This document shows positions 1 through 10,811 of a stretch of 64,000 nt of DNA, piece by piece. Below the pieces are notes generated by a model that saw only the letters and a list, made by a program, of their open reading frames with translations, had not been told where the DNA came from and did not search any database. The position numbers were made by a program, and so were the translations under genes. How positions within the stretch are numbered: position 1 is the first letter of the stretch; every line of letters starts with the position of its first letter. This stretch comes from Octopus sinensis (Eukaryota): contig NW_021834234.1 of assembly GCF_006345805.1 (NCBI RefSeq), forward strand, positions 9,572-73,571, written 5' to 3'.

Positions 1-3000
1 TGATGATTTTCAATCATTATCTTTTATGTTTAAATATATGAGAGGTTCAGTTTTTCGATCCAAAGAGCATCGGTTCCTTTAATGTCGCCATTTATATGAC
101 ATGAAACTCAAAAAAACTCTCACAAAGATTTTACCTTGATCAAAAGATTCTAATCCTTTAAAACCATTTTTGACTTGGCTTTTTGCTGCCTTCGGAAAAT
201 TTATATCATCTTCGATGTTTTTCAATCAATTATCTGTTATGTTTAAATATATGAGAGGTTTGTTTTCGATCCAAAGAGCTTCGGTTCCTTTAATCTCGCC
301 ATTTATATGACATGAAACTCAAAAAAACTCTCGCAAAGATTTTACCTTGATCAAAAGATTCTAATCCTTTAAAACTATTTTTGACTTGGATCTTTGCTGC
401 CTTCGGAAAATTTGTATGATCTTTGATGTTTTTCAATCAATTATCTTTTATGTTTAAATATATGAGAGGTTCGTTTTCGATTCCAAAGAGCATTGGTTCC
501 TTTAATCTCGTCATTTATATGACATGAAACTCAAAAAAACTCTCACAAAGATTTTACCTTGATCAAAAGATTCTAATCCTTTAAAACTATTTTTGACTTG
601 GCTTTTTCCTGCCTTCGGGAAATTTGCATGATCTTTGATGTTTTTCAATCAATTATCTTTCATGTTTAAATATATGAGAGGTTCGTTTTCGATTCCAAAG
701 CGCATCGGTTCCTTTCATCTCGCCATTTAGATGACATGAATCTCAAAAAAACTCTCACGAAGTTTTTAACTTGATGAAAAGATTCTAAACCTTTAAAACT
801 ATTTTTGCTCTGGCTTTTTGCTGCTTTCGGAAACTTTGTATCATCTTTGATGTTTTTCAATCAATTATCTTTTATGTTTAAATATATGAGAGGTTCGTAT
901 TCGATTCCAAAGAGCATCGATTCCTTTCATCTCGCCATTTAGATGACATGAAACTCAAAAAAACTCTCACGAAGATTTTAACTTGATCAAAATATTCTAA
1001 ACCTTTAAAACTAATTTTGCTGTGGCTTTTTGCTGCCTTCGGAAAATTTGTTTAATCTTTGATGTTTTTCAATCAATTATCTCATATGTTTAAATATATG
1101 AGAGGTTCGTTTTCGATTCCAAAGAGCATCGGTTCCTTTAATCTCGTCATTTAGATGACATGAAACTCAAAAAAACTCTCACAAAGATTTTACCTTGATC
1201 AAAATATTCTAATCCTTTACTTTAAAACTATTTTTGACTTGGCTTTTTGCTGCCTTCGGAAAAATTTATCTCTCTTGATGTTTTTCAATCAATATCTCAT
1301 ATGTTTAAAAATATGAGAGGTTCGTTTTATTCCAAAACATCGGTTCCTTTAATCTCGCCATTTAGATGACATGGAACTCAAAAAAACTCTCACAAGATTT
1401 TACCTTGATCAAAAGATTCTAATCCTTTAAAACTATTTTTGACTTGGCTTTTTGCTGCCTTCGGAAAATTTGTATGATCTTTGATGTTTTTCAATCAATT
1501 ATCTCATATGTTTAAAAATATGAGAGGTTCGTTTTCGATTCCAAAGAGCATCGGTTCCTTTCATCTCGCCATTTAGATGACATGAAACTCAAAAAAACTC
1601 TCACAAAGATTTTACCTTGATCAAAAGATTCTAATCCTTTAAAACTATTTTTGACTTGGCTTTTTGCTGCCTTCGGAAAATTTATATCATCTTCGATGTT
1701 TTTCAATCAATTATCTTTTATGTTTAAATATATGAGAGGTTCGTTTTCGATTCCAAAGAGCATCGGTTCCTTTAATCTCGCCATTTAGATGACATGAAAC
1801 TCAAAAAAACTCTCAAAGATTTTACCTTGATCAAAAGATTCTAATCCTTTAAAACTATTTTTGCCTTGGCTTTTTGCTGCCTTCGGAAAATTTGTATGAT
1901 CTTTGATGTTTTTCAATCCATTATCTTTTAAGTTTAAATATATGAGAGGTTCCTTTTCGATTCCAAAGAGCATCGGTTCCTTTAATCTCGCCATTTAGAT
2001 GACATGAAACTCAAAAAAACTCTCAAAGATTTTACCTTGATCAAAAGATTCTAATCCTTTAAAACTATTTTTGCCTTGGCTTTTTGTTGCCTTCAGAAAA
2101 TTTGTCTGATCTTTGATGTTTTTCTATCAATTATCTTTCATGTTTAAATATATGAGAGGTTCGTTTTCGAATCCAAAGAGCATCGGTTCCTTTAATCTCG
2201 CCATTTAGATGACATGAAACTCAAAAAAACTCTCAAAGATTTTACCTTGATCAAAAGATTCTAAACCTTTGAAACTATTTTTGCCTTGGCTTTTTGCTGC
2301 CTTTGGAAAATTTGTATGATCTTTGATGTTTTTCAATCTATTATCTTTTATGTTTAAATATATGAAAGGTTCGTTTTCGATTCCAAAGAGCATCGGTTCC
2401 TTTCGTCTCGCCATTTAGATGACATGAAACTCAAAAAAACTCTCAAAGATTTTACCTTGATCAAAAGATTCTAAACCTTTAAAACTATTTTTCACTTGGC
2501 TTTTTGCTGCCTTCGGAAAATTTGTATAATCTTTGATGTTTTTCAATCATTATCTTTTATGTTTAAATTTATTAGAGGTTCGTTTTCGATTCCAAAGAGC
2601 ATCGGTTCCTTTAATCTTGCCATTTAGATGACATGAAACTCAAAAAAACTCTCACAAAGATTTTACCTTGATCAAAAGATTCTAAACCTTTAAAACTAAT
2701 TTTCCTTTGTCCTTTTGCTGCCTTCGGAAAATTTGTATCATCTTTGATGTTTTCCAATCAATTATCTTTTATGTTTAAATTTATGAGAGGTTCGTTTTCG
2801 ATTCCAAAGAGCATCGGTTCCTTTAATCTCGCCATTTAGATGACATGAAACTCAAAAAAACTCTCACAAAGATTTTACCTTGATCAAAAGATTCTAAACC
2901 TTTAAAACTAATTTTGCTTTGGCTTTTTGCTGCCTTCTAAAATTTGTATGATCTTTGATGTTTTTCAATCAATTATCTTTTATGTTTAAAGATATGAGAG

Positions 3001-4547
3001 GTTCGTTTTCGATTCTAAAGACCATCGGCTCTTTTTATCTCACCATTTAGATGACATGAAACTCAAAAATCTCTCACAAAGATTTTACCTTGATCAAAAG
3101 ATTCTAAACCTTTAAAACTATTTTTGCCTTGGCTTTTTGCTGCTTTCGGAAAATTTATATAATCTTTGATGGTTTTTCAATGAATTATCTTTTATTTTTA
3201 AATATATGAGAGGTTCGTATTTGATTCCAAAGAGCATCGGTTCCTTTCATCTCGCCATTTAGATGACATGAAACTCAAAAAAACTCTCACAAAGATTTTA
3301 CCTTGATCAAAATATTCTAAACCTTTAAAACTATTTTTGCTTGGCTTTTTGCTGCCTTCGGAAAATTTGTATCGTGTTTGATGTTTTTCAATCAATCATC
3401 TTTATGTTTAAAATATGAGAGGTTCGTTTTCGATTCCAAAGAGCATCGGTTCCTTTAATCTCGCCATTTAGATGACATGAACTCAAAAAAACTCTCACAA
3501 AGATTTTACCTTGATCAAAAGATTCTAATCCTTTAAAACTATTTTTGCCTTGGCCTTTTGCTGCCTTCGGAAAATTTGTATCATCTTTGATGTTTTCCAA
3601 TCAATTATCTTTTATGTTTAAATTATGAGAGGTTCGTTTTCGATTCCAAAGAGCATCGGTTCCTTTAATCTCGCCATTTAGATGACATGAAACTCAAAAA
3701 AACTCTCACAAGATTTTACCTTGATCAAAAGATTCTAAACCTTTAAAACTAATTTTGCTTTGGCTTTTTGCTGCCTTCTAAAATTTGTATGATCTTTGAT
3801 GTTTTTCAATCAATTATCTTTTATGTTTAAATATATGAGAGGTTCGTTTTCGATTCTAAAGAGCATCGGCTCTTTTATCTCACCATTTAGATGACATGAA
3901 ACTCAAAAATCTCTCACAAAGATTTTACCTTGATCAAAAGATTCTAAACCTTTAAAACTATTTTTGCCTTGGCTTTTTGCTGCTTTCGGAAAATTTATAT
4001 AATCTTTGATGGTTTTTCAATGAATTATCTTTTATTTTTAAATATATGAGAGGTTCGTATTTGATTCCAAAGAGCATCGGTTCCTTTCATCTCGCCATTT
4101 AGATGACATGAAACTCAAAAAAACTCTCACAAAGATTTTACCTTGATCAAAATATTCTAAACCTTTAAAACTATTTTTGCCTTGGCTTTTTGCTGCCTTC
4201 GGAAAATTTGTATCGTGTTTGATGTTTTTCAATCAATCATCTTTTATGTTTAAATATATGAGAGGTTCGTTTTCGATTCCAAAGAGCATCGGTTCCTTTA
4301 ATCTCGCCATTTAGATGACATGAAACTCAAAAAAACTCTCACAAAGATTTTACCTTGATCAAAAGATTCTAATCCTTTAAAACTATTTTTGACTTGGCCT
4401 TTTGCTGCCTTTGGAAAATTTGTATAATCTTTGATGTTTTTCAATCAATTATCTTTTATGTTTAAATATATGAGAGGTTCGTTTTCGATTCCAAAGAGCA
4501 TCGGTTCCTTTCATCTCGCCATTTAGATGACATGAAACTCAAAAAAA
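1..4547. repeat. Tandem satellite, ~210-212 bp monomer, ~21 copies, runs off the window start
   Basis: GAGAGGTTCGTTTTCGATTCCAAAGAGCATCGG recurs every ~210 bp. AT-rich with A/T tracts. Confidence 0.97.
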
Positions 4548-4549
4548 CA

Positions 4550-6241
4550 CACACCCTTTAATGTAGGTGGCCATGCTCGATCTGTAGAAAAGGTGTCAGT
4601 AGAAACTCCATAAGATGTTCCTAGTGAAAGCTATGGACAGAAAAGTGGTGCAGCACCATCAAAGGAAAATTGACTTGGAAGATAGTGTAGTGACGTCATT
4701 TTCCAGGGTGCGCACATGGAACGTCATCTTCAGTGTGCGTTTGCGATGTCATTCTTCAGTGTGCGTGTGCGGGACTGGAACCTTCTGGAAAGTCCTAAGG
4801 AAGTTCCCTCATGCACATGTACTAGAGACTGGGGAAGAAAATTCTCTCGCGTTCCTTGTTAGCGTCGTTGACTTGAGACACGGCTATTGAAGAGAAAGGA
4901 CGTGTTAAACGTGTGATCAGCCATTCTCCTGTCCCAGACGCTTAGGATTTGACCTGCTCTGTTGCTGCTGAATTTGTAGTAAGAATCTTACAAATGTTAA
5001 AATTCAGCCTTGCTATATCGAACCAAGTGGATACCAATATACCAAAGTTCTTCTTTTATAAATAAGAAAATAAAGGGTCATATATATTCTTAAGGTTGCA
5101 TTTTTGTTCCTGACTGGCAGTTTCTTGAAACAAAAGAAAGGAAATTGTGTTGCACTCAAACAGTGTAAAGACACAACCAGTTCCATTACAATAGCTTCCA
5201 TGTGCAGCAGATGCACAGGAGCAATAGACACTATTGATACTCAGAAAACAGATTCCATTACACTCCTGGGGGAGAAACTAGAAGTAGTTGATTGTTTTGG
5301 CTACCTAGGTGACCAAGTCAGTAGCTGGGGTGGATGCTCAGAAAGTGTTACCACTAGAATAAGAATAGCCTGGTCAAAGTTCATGGAGCTCCTACTGCTA
5401 CAGGTGACAAAGGGTCTCTCACTCAGAGTGAAAGGTAGATTGTACGACACATGTGTGCGAACTTCCATGCTTCACGGTAGTGAAACATGGGCTGTGACTG
5501 CAGAGGAAACCTGTGGTAGTGATAGACCCAGGAAGACATGGAACGAGGTGGTGAATTACAATCTTTGGACTTTGGGCCTCACGGAGGCAATGACTAGTGA
5601 TCGAGACCTTTGGTGATATGCTGTGCTTGAGAAGACCCATCAAGCTAAGTGAAATCTTAGTCATGGTTGATACTGGTGCCACATAACTGGTACTTTTTCT
5701 TTCATTGGACACTAAACTCTGCTTGCAAAGACCTGTTTGGGCAAGCAAAATCGAAATCATAATTGAACCAAATTCGATGACTAACACCCGTGCCAGTGGT
5801 GCGCTAACAGCACCATCCGAGCATGATCATTGCCCAGGCAGTTGTCTGGTTTCCGTGCTGGTGGCATGTAAATATCACTATTTGAATGTGATTGTTACTA
5901 TCATTGACTTACTGGTACTTGTGCCAGTGGCACGTGAAAAAACATTCGGGTGAGGTTGTTGCCAGTGCCGCTGGACTGGCTCCTGTGCAGGTGGCATGTA
6001 TAAAACACCATTTATGTGTGGCCGTTGCCAGTACTGCCTGCCTGGCCCTCGTGCCGGTGGCACGTAAAAGCACCCACTACACTCTCAGAGTGGTTGGAGT
6101 TTGGAAGGGCATCCAGCTGTAGAAACTCTGCCAGATCAGATTGGAGCCTGGTGCAGCCATCTGGTTCACCAGTCCTCAGTCAAATCGTTCAACCCATGCT
6201 AGCATGGAAAGCAGACATTAAACTATGATGACGATGATGAT
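4550..6241 (+). mobile_element. Degenerate RTE-clade LINE (PHD-containing family), 3' part with (GAT)n tail
   Basis: [17 protein letters not shown] at ~4565; LEVVDCFGYLG...LHGSETW...RPRKTW in ORF 5104-5616 (internally deleted); family 3' UTR and GATGATGA tail. Confidence 0.9.
4686..5190 (+). mobile_element. Solo LTR (Gypsy-like) inserted in the RTE LINE
   Basis: Starts TGTAGTG, ends CATTACA, 4-bp TSD ATAG (4682-4685 / 5191-5194), internal AATAAA. The LINE reading frame resumes exactly after it. Orientation is tentative. Confidence 0.8.
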
Positions 6242-6261
6242 ATATAAATTATATATATATA

Positions 6262-6309
<48 letters not shown>

Positions 6310-6321
6310 TCACATATACAT

Positions 6322-6722
6322 ACAGGGTGCGGTGAATAAATTGTTGTCTAAATTACACAGAAACGAAAATAACACTGACATCTCATTTTAACAGATATAT
6401 TTACCAAAATTACATAAAAATATATTGAAATACTAAAGAGTTAATTCCTTCACTAAAATTACCATTGGCTTCAACCACGGCCTCCAGACAATTTCAGAAT
6501 CTCCTGCAACCCTTCTTGACAGTCTCCTTGTTTAAGTTGGTCAATGCTGCCATAATCCTTGCCTTCAGTTCATCTTTGGTGTTACAAGGAGTTTTGTTGG
6601 TTCCTCACTCAATTGCGCTCCATACATAATAATCATGGTGCAGGGATTGCAGTCTAGGGTGTTAGGTGGCCAGATGTTAGGGGTGATGTAGTTGCAGAAA
6701 TTGTCTGACAGCCATGACTGGT
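6322..6722 (-). mobile_element. Tc1/mariner-superfamily (maT-like) transposon 3' remnant
   Basis: TA-CAGGGTG terminus. Minus strand reads SWLSDNF..WPPNTLDCNP..DYYVW..LEAVVEANG, a decayed WPPNSPDxNPxDY motif. Confidence 0.75.
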
Positions 6723-6948
6723 ACATTATTTACATTTGACGGATATTTGACCTTATCTTGTTTGTTGTTAACATGTTTCGGCTGATATACCCTCCAGCTT
6801 TCATCAGGTGTCTTGGGGAAATTTTGAACCTGGGTTCTCATTCCTAAGGTATTTTTCAATGTTGTTATTCTTATTATTATTCAGGTTACTGCCTGGAATT
6901 GAACATGGAATCTTGGGGTTAGTATCCCATGATCTTAACAACTATGCC
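6723..6948 (-). mobile_element. tRNA-headed SINE with a hammerhead-ribozyme-like tail
   Basis: A box TGGCATAGTTGTTAAG, B box GTTCAATTCC, TSD ACTGGT (6717-6722 / 6949-6954), CTGATGA-stem-GAAAC at 6807-6775. Confidence 0.75.
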
Positions 6949-6989
6949 ACTGGTTAATACACTGTCTCATTTACATTTCCTTGAACTGG

Positions 6990-7170
6990 GAGGAGGTGTG
7001 TTGATTATATTGATCCCCAGTGTTCAACTGGTACTTATTTTATAGACCCCGGAAAAGATGAAGGGCAAAATCAACCTTGATGGAATTTGAACTCAGAAAG
7101 TAAAGCCAGAGGGAATGCTGCTAACCATTTTGCCCAGCATGCTAATGGTTCTGCTAGCTTGCCGCCTTCA
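6990..7170 (-). mobile_element. tRNA-derived SINE with a conserved central domain
   Basis: Minus strand CTGAGTTCAAATTCC..GCCCTTCATC..GGGGTCTATAAAATAAGTACC; second copy at ~63290-63435. Confidence 0.65.
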
Positions 7171-7196
7171 GCCTGCATTCTATATTAAAAGGGTAA

Positions 7197-7532
7197 AGAA
7201 CCCCTTTCAGTCATGAATGACCGTGGGATTGCACCTAGAAAGTTCTCCTCGAAGGCACAAGTCCAGGCAAGGTTTGTTTATGGAAGACCAGTAGTCACTC
7301 ATCCATACCAGCCTCCTCTCTCCCCACCACCAATGTTATCCAAGGGAAAGGCAAAGGGGCCGATACAGCTTGGCACCAGTGATGTGGAAACTCATTGCTA
7401 CAGCTCACTGAACAAGGAGCATTGTGAAAGAAAGTGTCTTGTTCAAGAACATAACACACAACCCGACCTGGAAATTGAACTCATTACCTCATGATTGTGA
7501 GCCTGATGCTTTAACCACTGAGCCAGGCACCT
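7197..7532 (-). mobile_element. tRNA-derived SINE
   Basis: Minus strand TGGCTCAGTGGTTAAAGC (A box), GAGTTCAATTTCC (B box), then TGTTCTTGAACAAGACACTT, a CORE/V-like SINE motif. Confidence 0.7.
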
Positions 7533-7634
7533 TCATGTATTTTAATATTTAGCAATAATTATTTCTAAAGTAAAAAAAGATAGAAAATGACAACAACACT
7601 GTGTGAATGATAGAAAAATATTCTATTGAATAGT

Positions 7635-7640
7635 TTTATT
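7635..7640 (-). promoter_or_regulatory. Candidate polyadenylation signal of the PARP gene
   Basis: AATAAA on the minus strand ~120 nt downstream of the TGA stop. Confidence 0.45.
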
Positions 7641-7759
7641 CTTACAAAAGACCCTGGGATTGCACCTAGAATTAGAGAATTTCCTGTATTTTCTTTGTCT
7701 TTCTTCTGTTAAATATATTCCTGTTCACATTATATGTGTTTTATGAATTCCAATTATAT

Positions 7760-8028
7760 TCACTGATTAGAGAATGTAATCAAATATTTAGGATATGCTT
7801 GAGAGTCATGGAAAATAACATAAATACTGGGTGTTTGAATATTATCAACAGCAGAATTGTAAGATTCCTGTAAAAATTTTAATCCGTGTTGTCCTTGCAT
7901 CACTTTTCCCACAAGAACACTGCATTGGTATATTCTCTTTGTTCCGTGATGGTCAGGAGTAGAATAGGTATCATTTGCAGAATATTTTATGTCTTTGGCA
8001 AAATAAACACCTTCACCAAATGCTGTGG
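7760..8028 (-). CDS. PARP14-like: PARP14-like last coding exon (catalytic C-terminal half); not in the ORF track
   Basis: ttcttag|CC ACA... gives (A)TAFGEGVYFAKDIKYSANDTYS...SAVDNIQTPSIYVIFHDSQAYPKYLITFSNQ*; phase 1 matches the exon ending at 39472. Confidence 0.93.
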
Positions 8029-8439
8029 CTAAGAAGAGAAAAAAAAAATATATATATATAGCAAATAAGAAAATGTATGTATATTATTATGGTTGTCGTG
8101 TTGATAAATAAACAAGTTAACATTTTAATGTCCTAAATTTGATGAACCAACTATTGTGTTCCTCCATTTTCTTATTTGCAATATAAATTAATGGTAAAAT
8201 ACCTCTTTATCTTCACCCATTTAATACAATAGGTAAGTTAATTGCAATGCAATTAAAAACACTTGTGTATTAATAATTGGGTATTATACCAACAGTATAT
8301 AAGGGATAGGTATTATCCCTTAGTGGGTTGGATCCACAACCCCTAACTTTCTTGGAGTTATATATATATATATATATATATATGTTTATATGTGTGTGTG
8401 TGTGTATGTGTATACATGCATATATTTATATAATTAATA

Positions 8440-8999
8440 TTGAAATCGAAATCGAATTGAACCAGCCAGGATCCCTGGTCTGGTGGTACGTAAAAAGCAC
8501 TATCCGACTCGTGGCCGATGCCAGCGCTGCCTCCACTGGCTTCCGTGCCAGTGGCACGTAAAATGCACCAATCCGACCGTACGACAGGCACCCATGCCAA
8601 CCCCTTTTGCTTGCGAAGACATGTTGGGTCAAGCGAAATCGAAATCGAATTGAACCAGCCAGGATCCCTGGTCTGGTGATACGTAAAAAGCACTATCCGA
8701 CTCGTGGCCGATGCCAGCGCCGCCTCGACTGGCTTCCGTGCTGGTGGCACATAAAATACACCAATCCAACCGTGGCCGTTGCCAGCCTCGCCTGGCACCT
8801 GTGCAGGTGGCACGTAAAAAGCACCCACTACACTCACGGAGTGGTTGGCGTTAGGAAGGGCATCCAGCTGTAGAAACATTGCCAGATAAGACTGGAGCCT
8901 GGTGCAGCCTTCTGGCTTCCCAGATCCCCGGTTGAACCGTCCAACCCATGCTAGCATGGAGAATGGACGTTAAACGATGATGATGATGATGATGATGAT
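8440..8999 (+). mobile_element. RTE-family 3' UTR/SINE-like tail with internal tandem duplication
   Basis: GTGGCACGTAAAAAGCAC repeats, GGAAGGGCATCCAGCTGTAGAAAC, (GAT)n end. Confidence 0.8.
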
Positions 9000-9058
9000 T
9001 AGAAGTAAAAATATAAAATAAACAGAATTGAAAGTCCTAAAACTCTGTAACACACACA

Positions 9059-9862
9059 GAGGGGTTCATCAAGGATCAGTCCTTAGTCCCCTCCTTTTCA
9101 TCATTGTACTCCAGGCCATAACAGAACAATTCAAGACCGGCAGTCTCCGGGCACTACTATATGCTGATCCTCTTGTTCTCATAGCTGGTTCCATATCAGA
9201 GCTAGAAGAGAAATTCCAGGTGTGGAAGCAAAACCTGGATTCTAACTTAGCAATGGTTAAGGTCCTAGCAAGCAAGAAAACTGACAGGATCCTCCCCAAC
9301 TCATGTAGGTGGCCCTATTCAATTGGTAGGAAAGGTGTAGGCAGGAACTCCATACTGTGCACCCAGTGTAAGTTATGGACAAACAAGAGGTGCAGCAGAT
9401 TAATAGGAAGGTTAGCAGAGAAGATAGTTTTCATGTGGAAGATGCACAGGGTCCTTAAAAACTTGAGAAATTGATTTTCTCAAATGCCTTGGTGGCTCAT
9501 TAGAGGTAGTAGATAACTTCTGCTACCCAGGGGACCAAATTAATAGTGGGGGGGAGATGCAAGAAGAGTGTGATAGCTAGAAGAAGAATAGGGCGGAGGA
9601 AATTCAGAGAGCTTTTACCTCTGTTGGCCCCAAAAGGTTTCTGTTTCTGAGTGAAAGGAAGATTGTATGATGTATGTATATTGACAGCAATTCTACAAGG
9701 TAATGAGATGTGGGCACTGAATGCAGAGGGCATGCGATGGTTGGAGAGGAATGAGGCTAGTATGCTCTGCTGGATGTGTTATGTAAGTGTACAGGTTCAA
9801 CAGAGTGCCACTTTTCTGAGAGAGAAGTTAGGCATAAGAGGAATTGGTTGCTGGGTGCAAGA
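9059..9862 (+). mobile_element. RTE LINE RT fragment with a decayed PHD
   Basis: [41 protein letters not shown]; frameshifted. Confidence 0.85.
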
Positions 9863-10494
9863 CGGATGTCTTCAGATCTTGTTTTACACTTCAGGCAATT
9901 CTTACTGAAATCCTGGGACCTTCAAGCTGACAAGAATTTTAGGTAGTGGTCTAATGGGGACAACCCCTTGTGCTTGACCTTTCTTCTTAGTCCGTGTATT
10001 TGAAAACAAGCCATGTGGCCTTTCCTCTTTCCATTTTGAAGAGAGGTTATAAGCTACTGACCATTAGGATCTGACAAGACATGTGTAAAACAAAGCACTT
10101 TATGGACGCAAAACCCTGGCCAACCCTATGAACCAGCCATATATATATATATATAACAAGTTTGTTTTCAAAGCGTTAAAATGTATTGTAGAACAAGTAG
10201 AAAGATTTTTTTTATTCAACGCATAAATACTGAACAGTATGCATATATATATGTAAACATTGGCAAAAACATACATTTAGTGCATATAAGTAGTCTCTAT
10301 CATTATATATAATTTAAACTTTAATTTCCTTTATATTTAACATTCACTATTAATATCCCTACTCTTTCTGTTAGCTACTTATGACGTTATATCATATAAC
10401 GTTTTTCTAAACAATATTAATAGCGTTCTGTCTATCGCTATACAAATCCATCATTTTTTGCTAAAATGTCTTATTGACGAGTTTCGTTTTTTTC

Positions 10495-10580
10495 ACTTTC
10501 CTGAGGAGAAGATTGCATTGTTTATACCATTTATTCTTTTGAATAGTATCAGTGGAATTTTCGAAACATGTGTTGAAAGT
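10495..10580 (+). ncRNA. Type I minimal hammerhead ribozyme, near intact
   Basis: Stem I ACTTTC/GAAAGT; core CTGAGGA (10501-10507); stem II GAAGATTGCATTG/CAGTGGAATTTTC (12 of 13 paired incl. G-U); GAAAC-ATGT-GTT with predicted cleavage after 10574. Confidence 0.8.
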
Positions 10581-10619
10581 AAAAATATTGGATTACACCT
10601 GTGTTAACTCCATTTTTTA

Positions 10620-10680
<61 letters not shown>

Positions 10681-10693
10681 GTATACATATATG

Positions 10694-10796
<103 letters not shown>

Positions 10797-10811
10797 ATAT
10801 GTATATATATA

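Noticed and set aside
666-4232. Repeated 64-70 aa minus-strand ORFs
   Set aside because: Translations of satellite monomers, broken by indels in most copies, with no domain signal
1-4547. CRISPR-like array
   Set aside because: The whole monomer is repeated with no unique spacers and no cas genes; the context is eukaryotic
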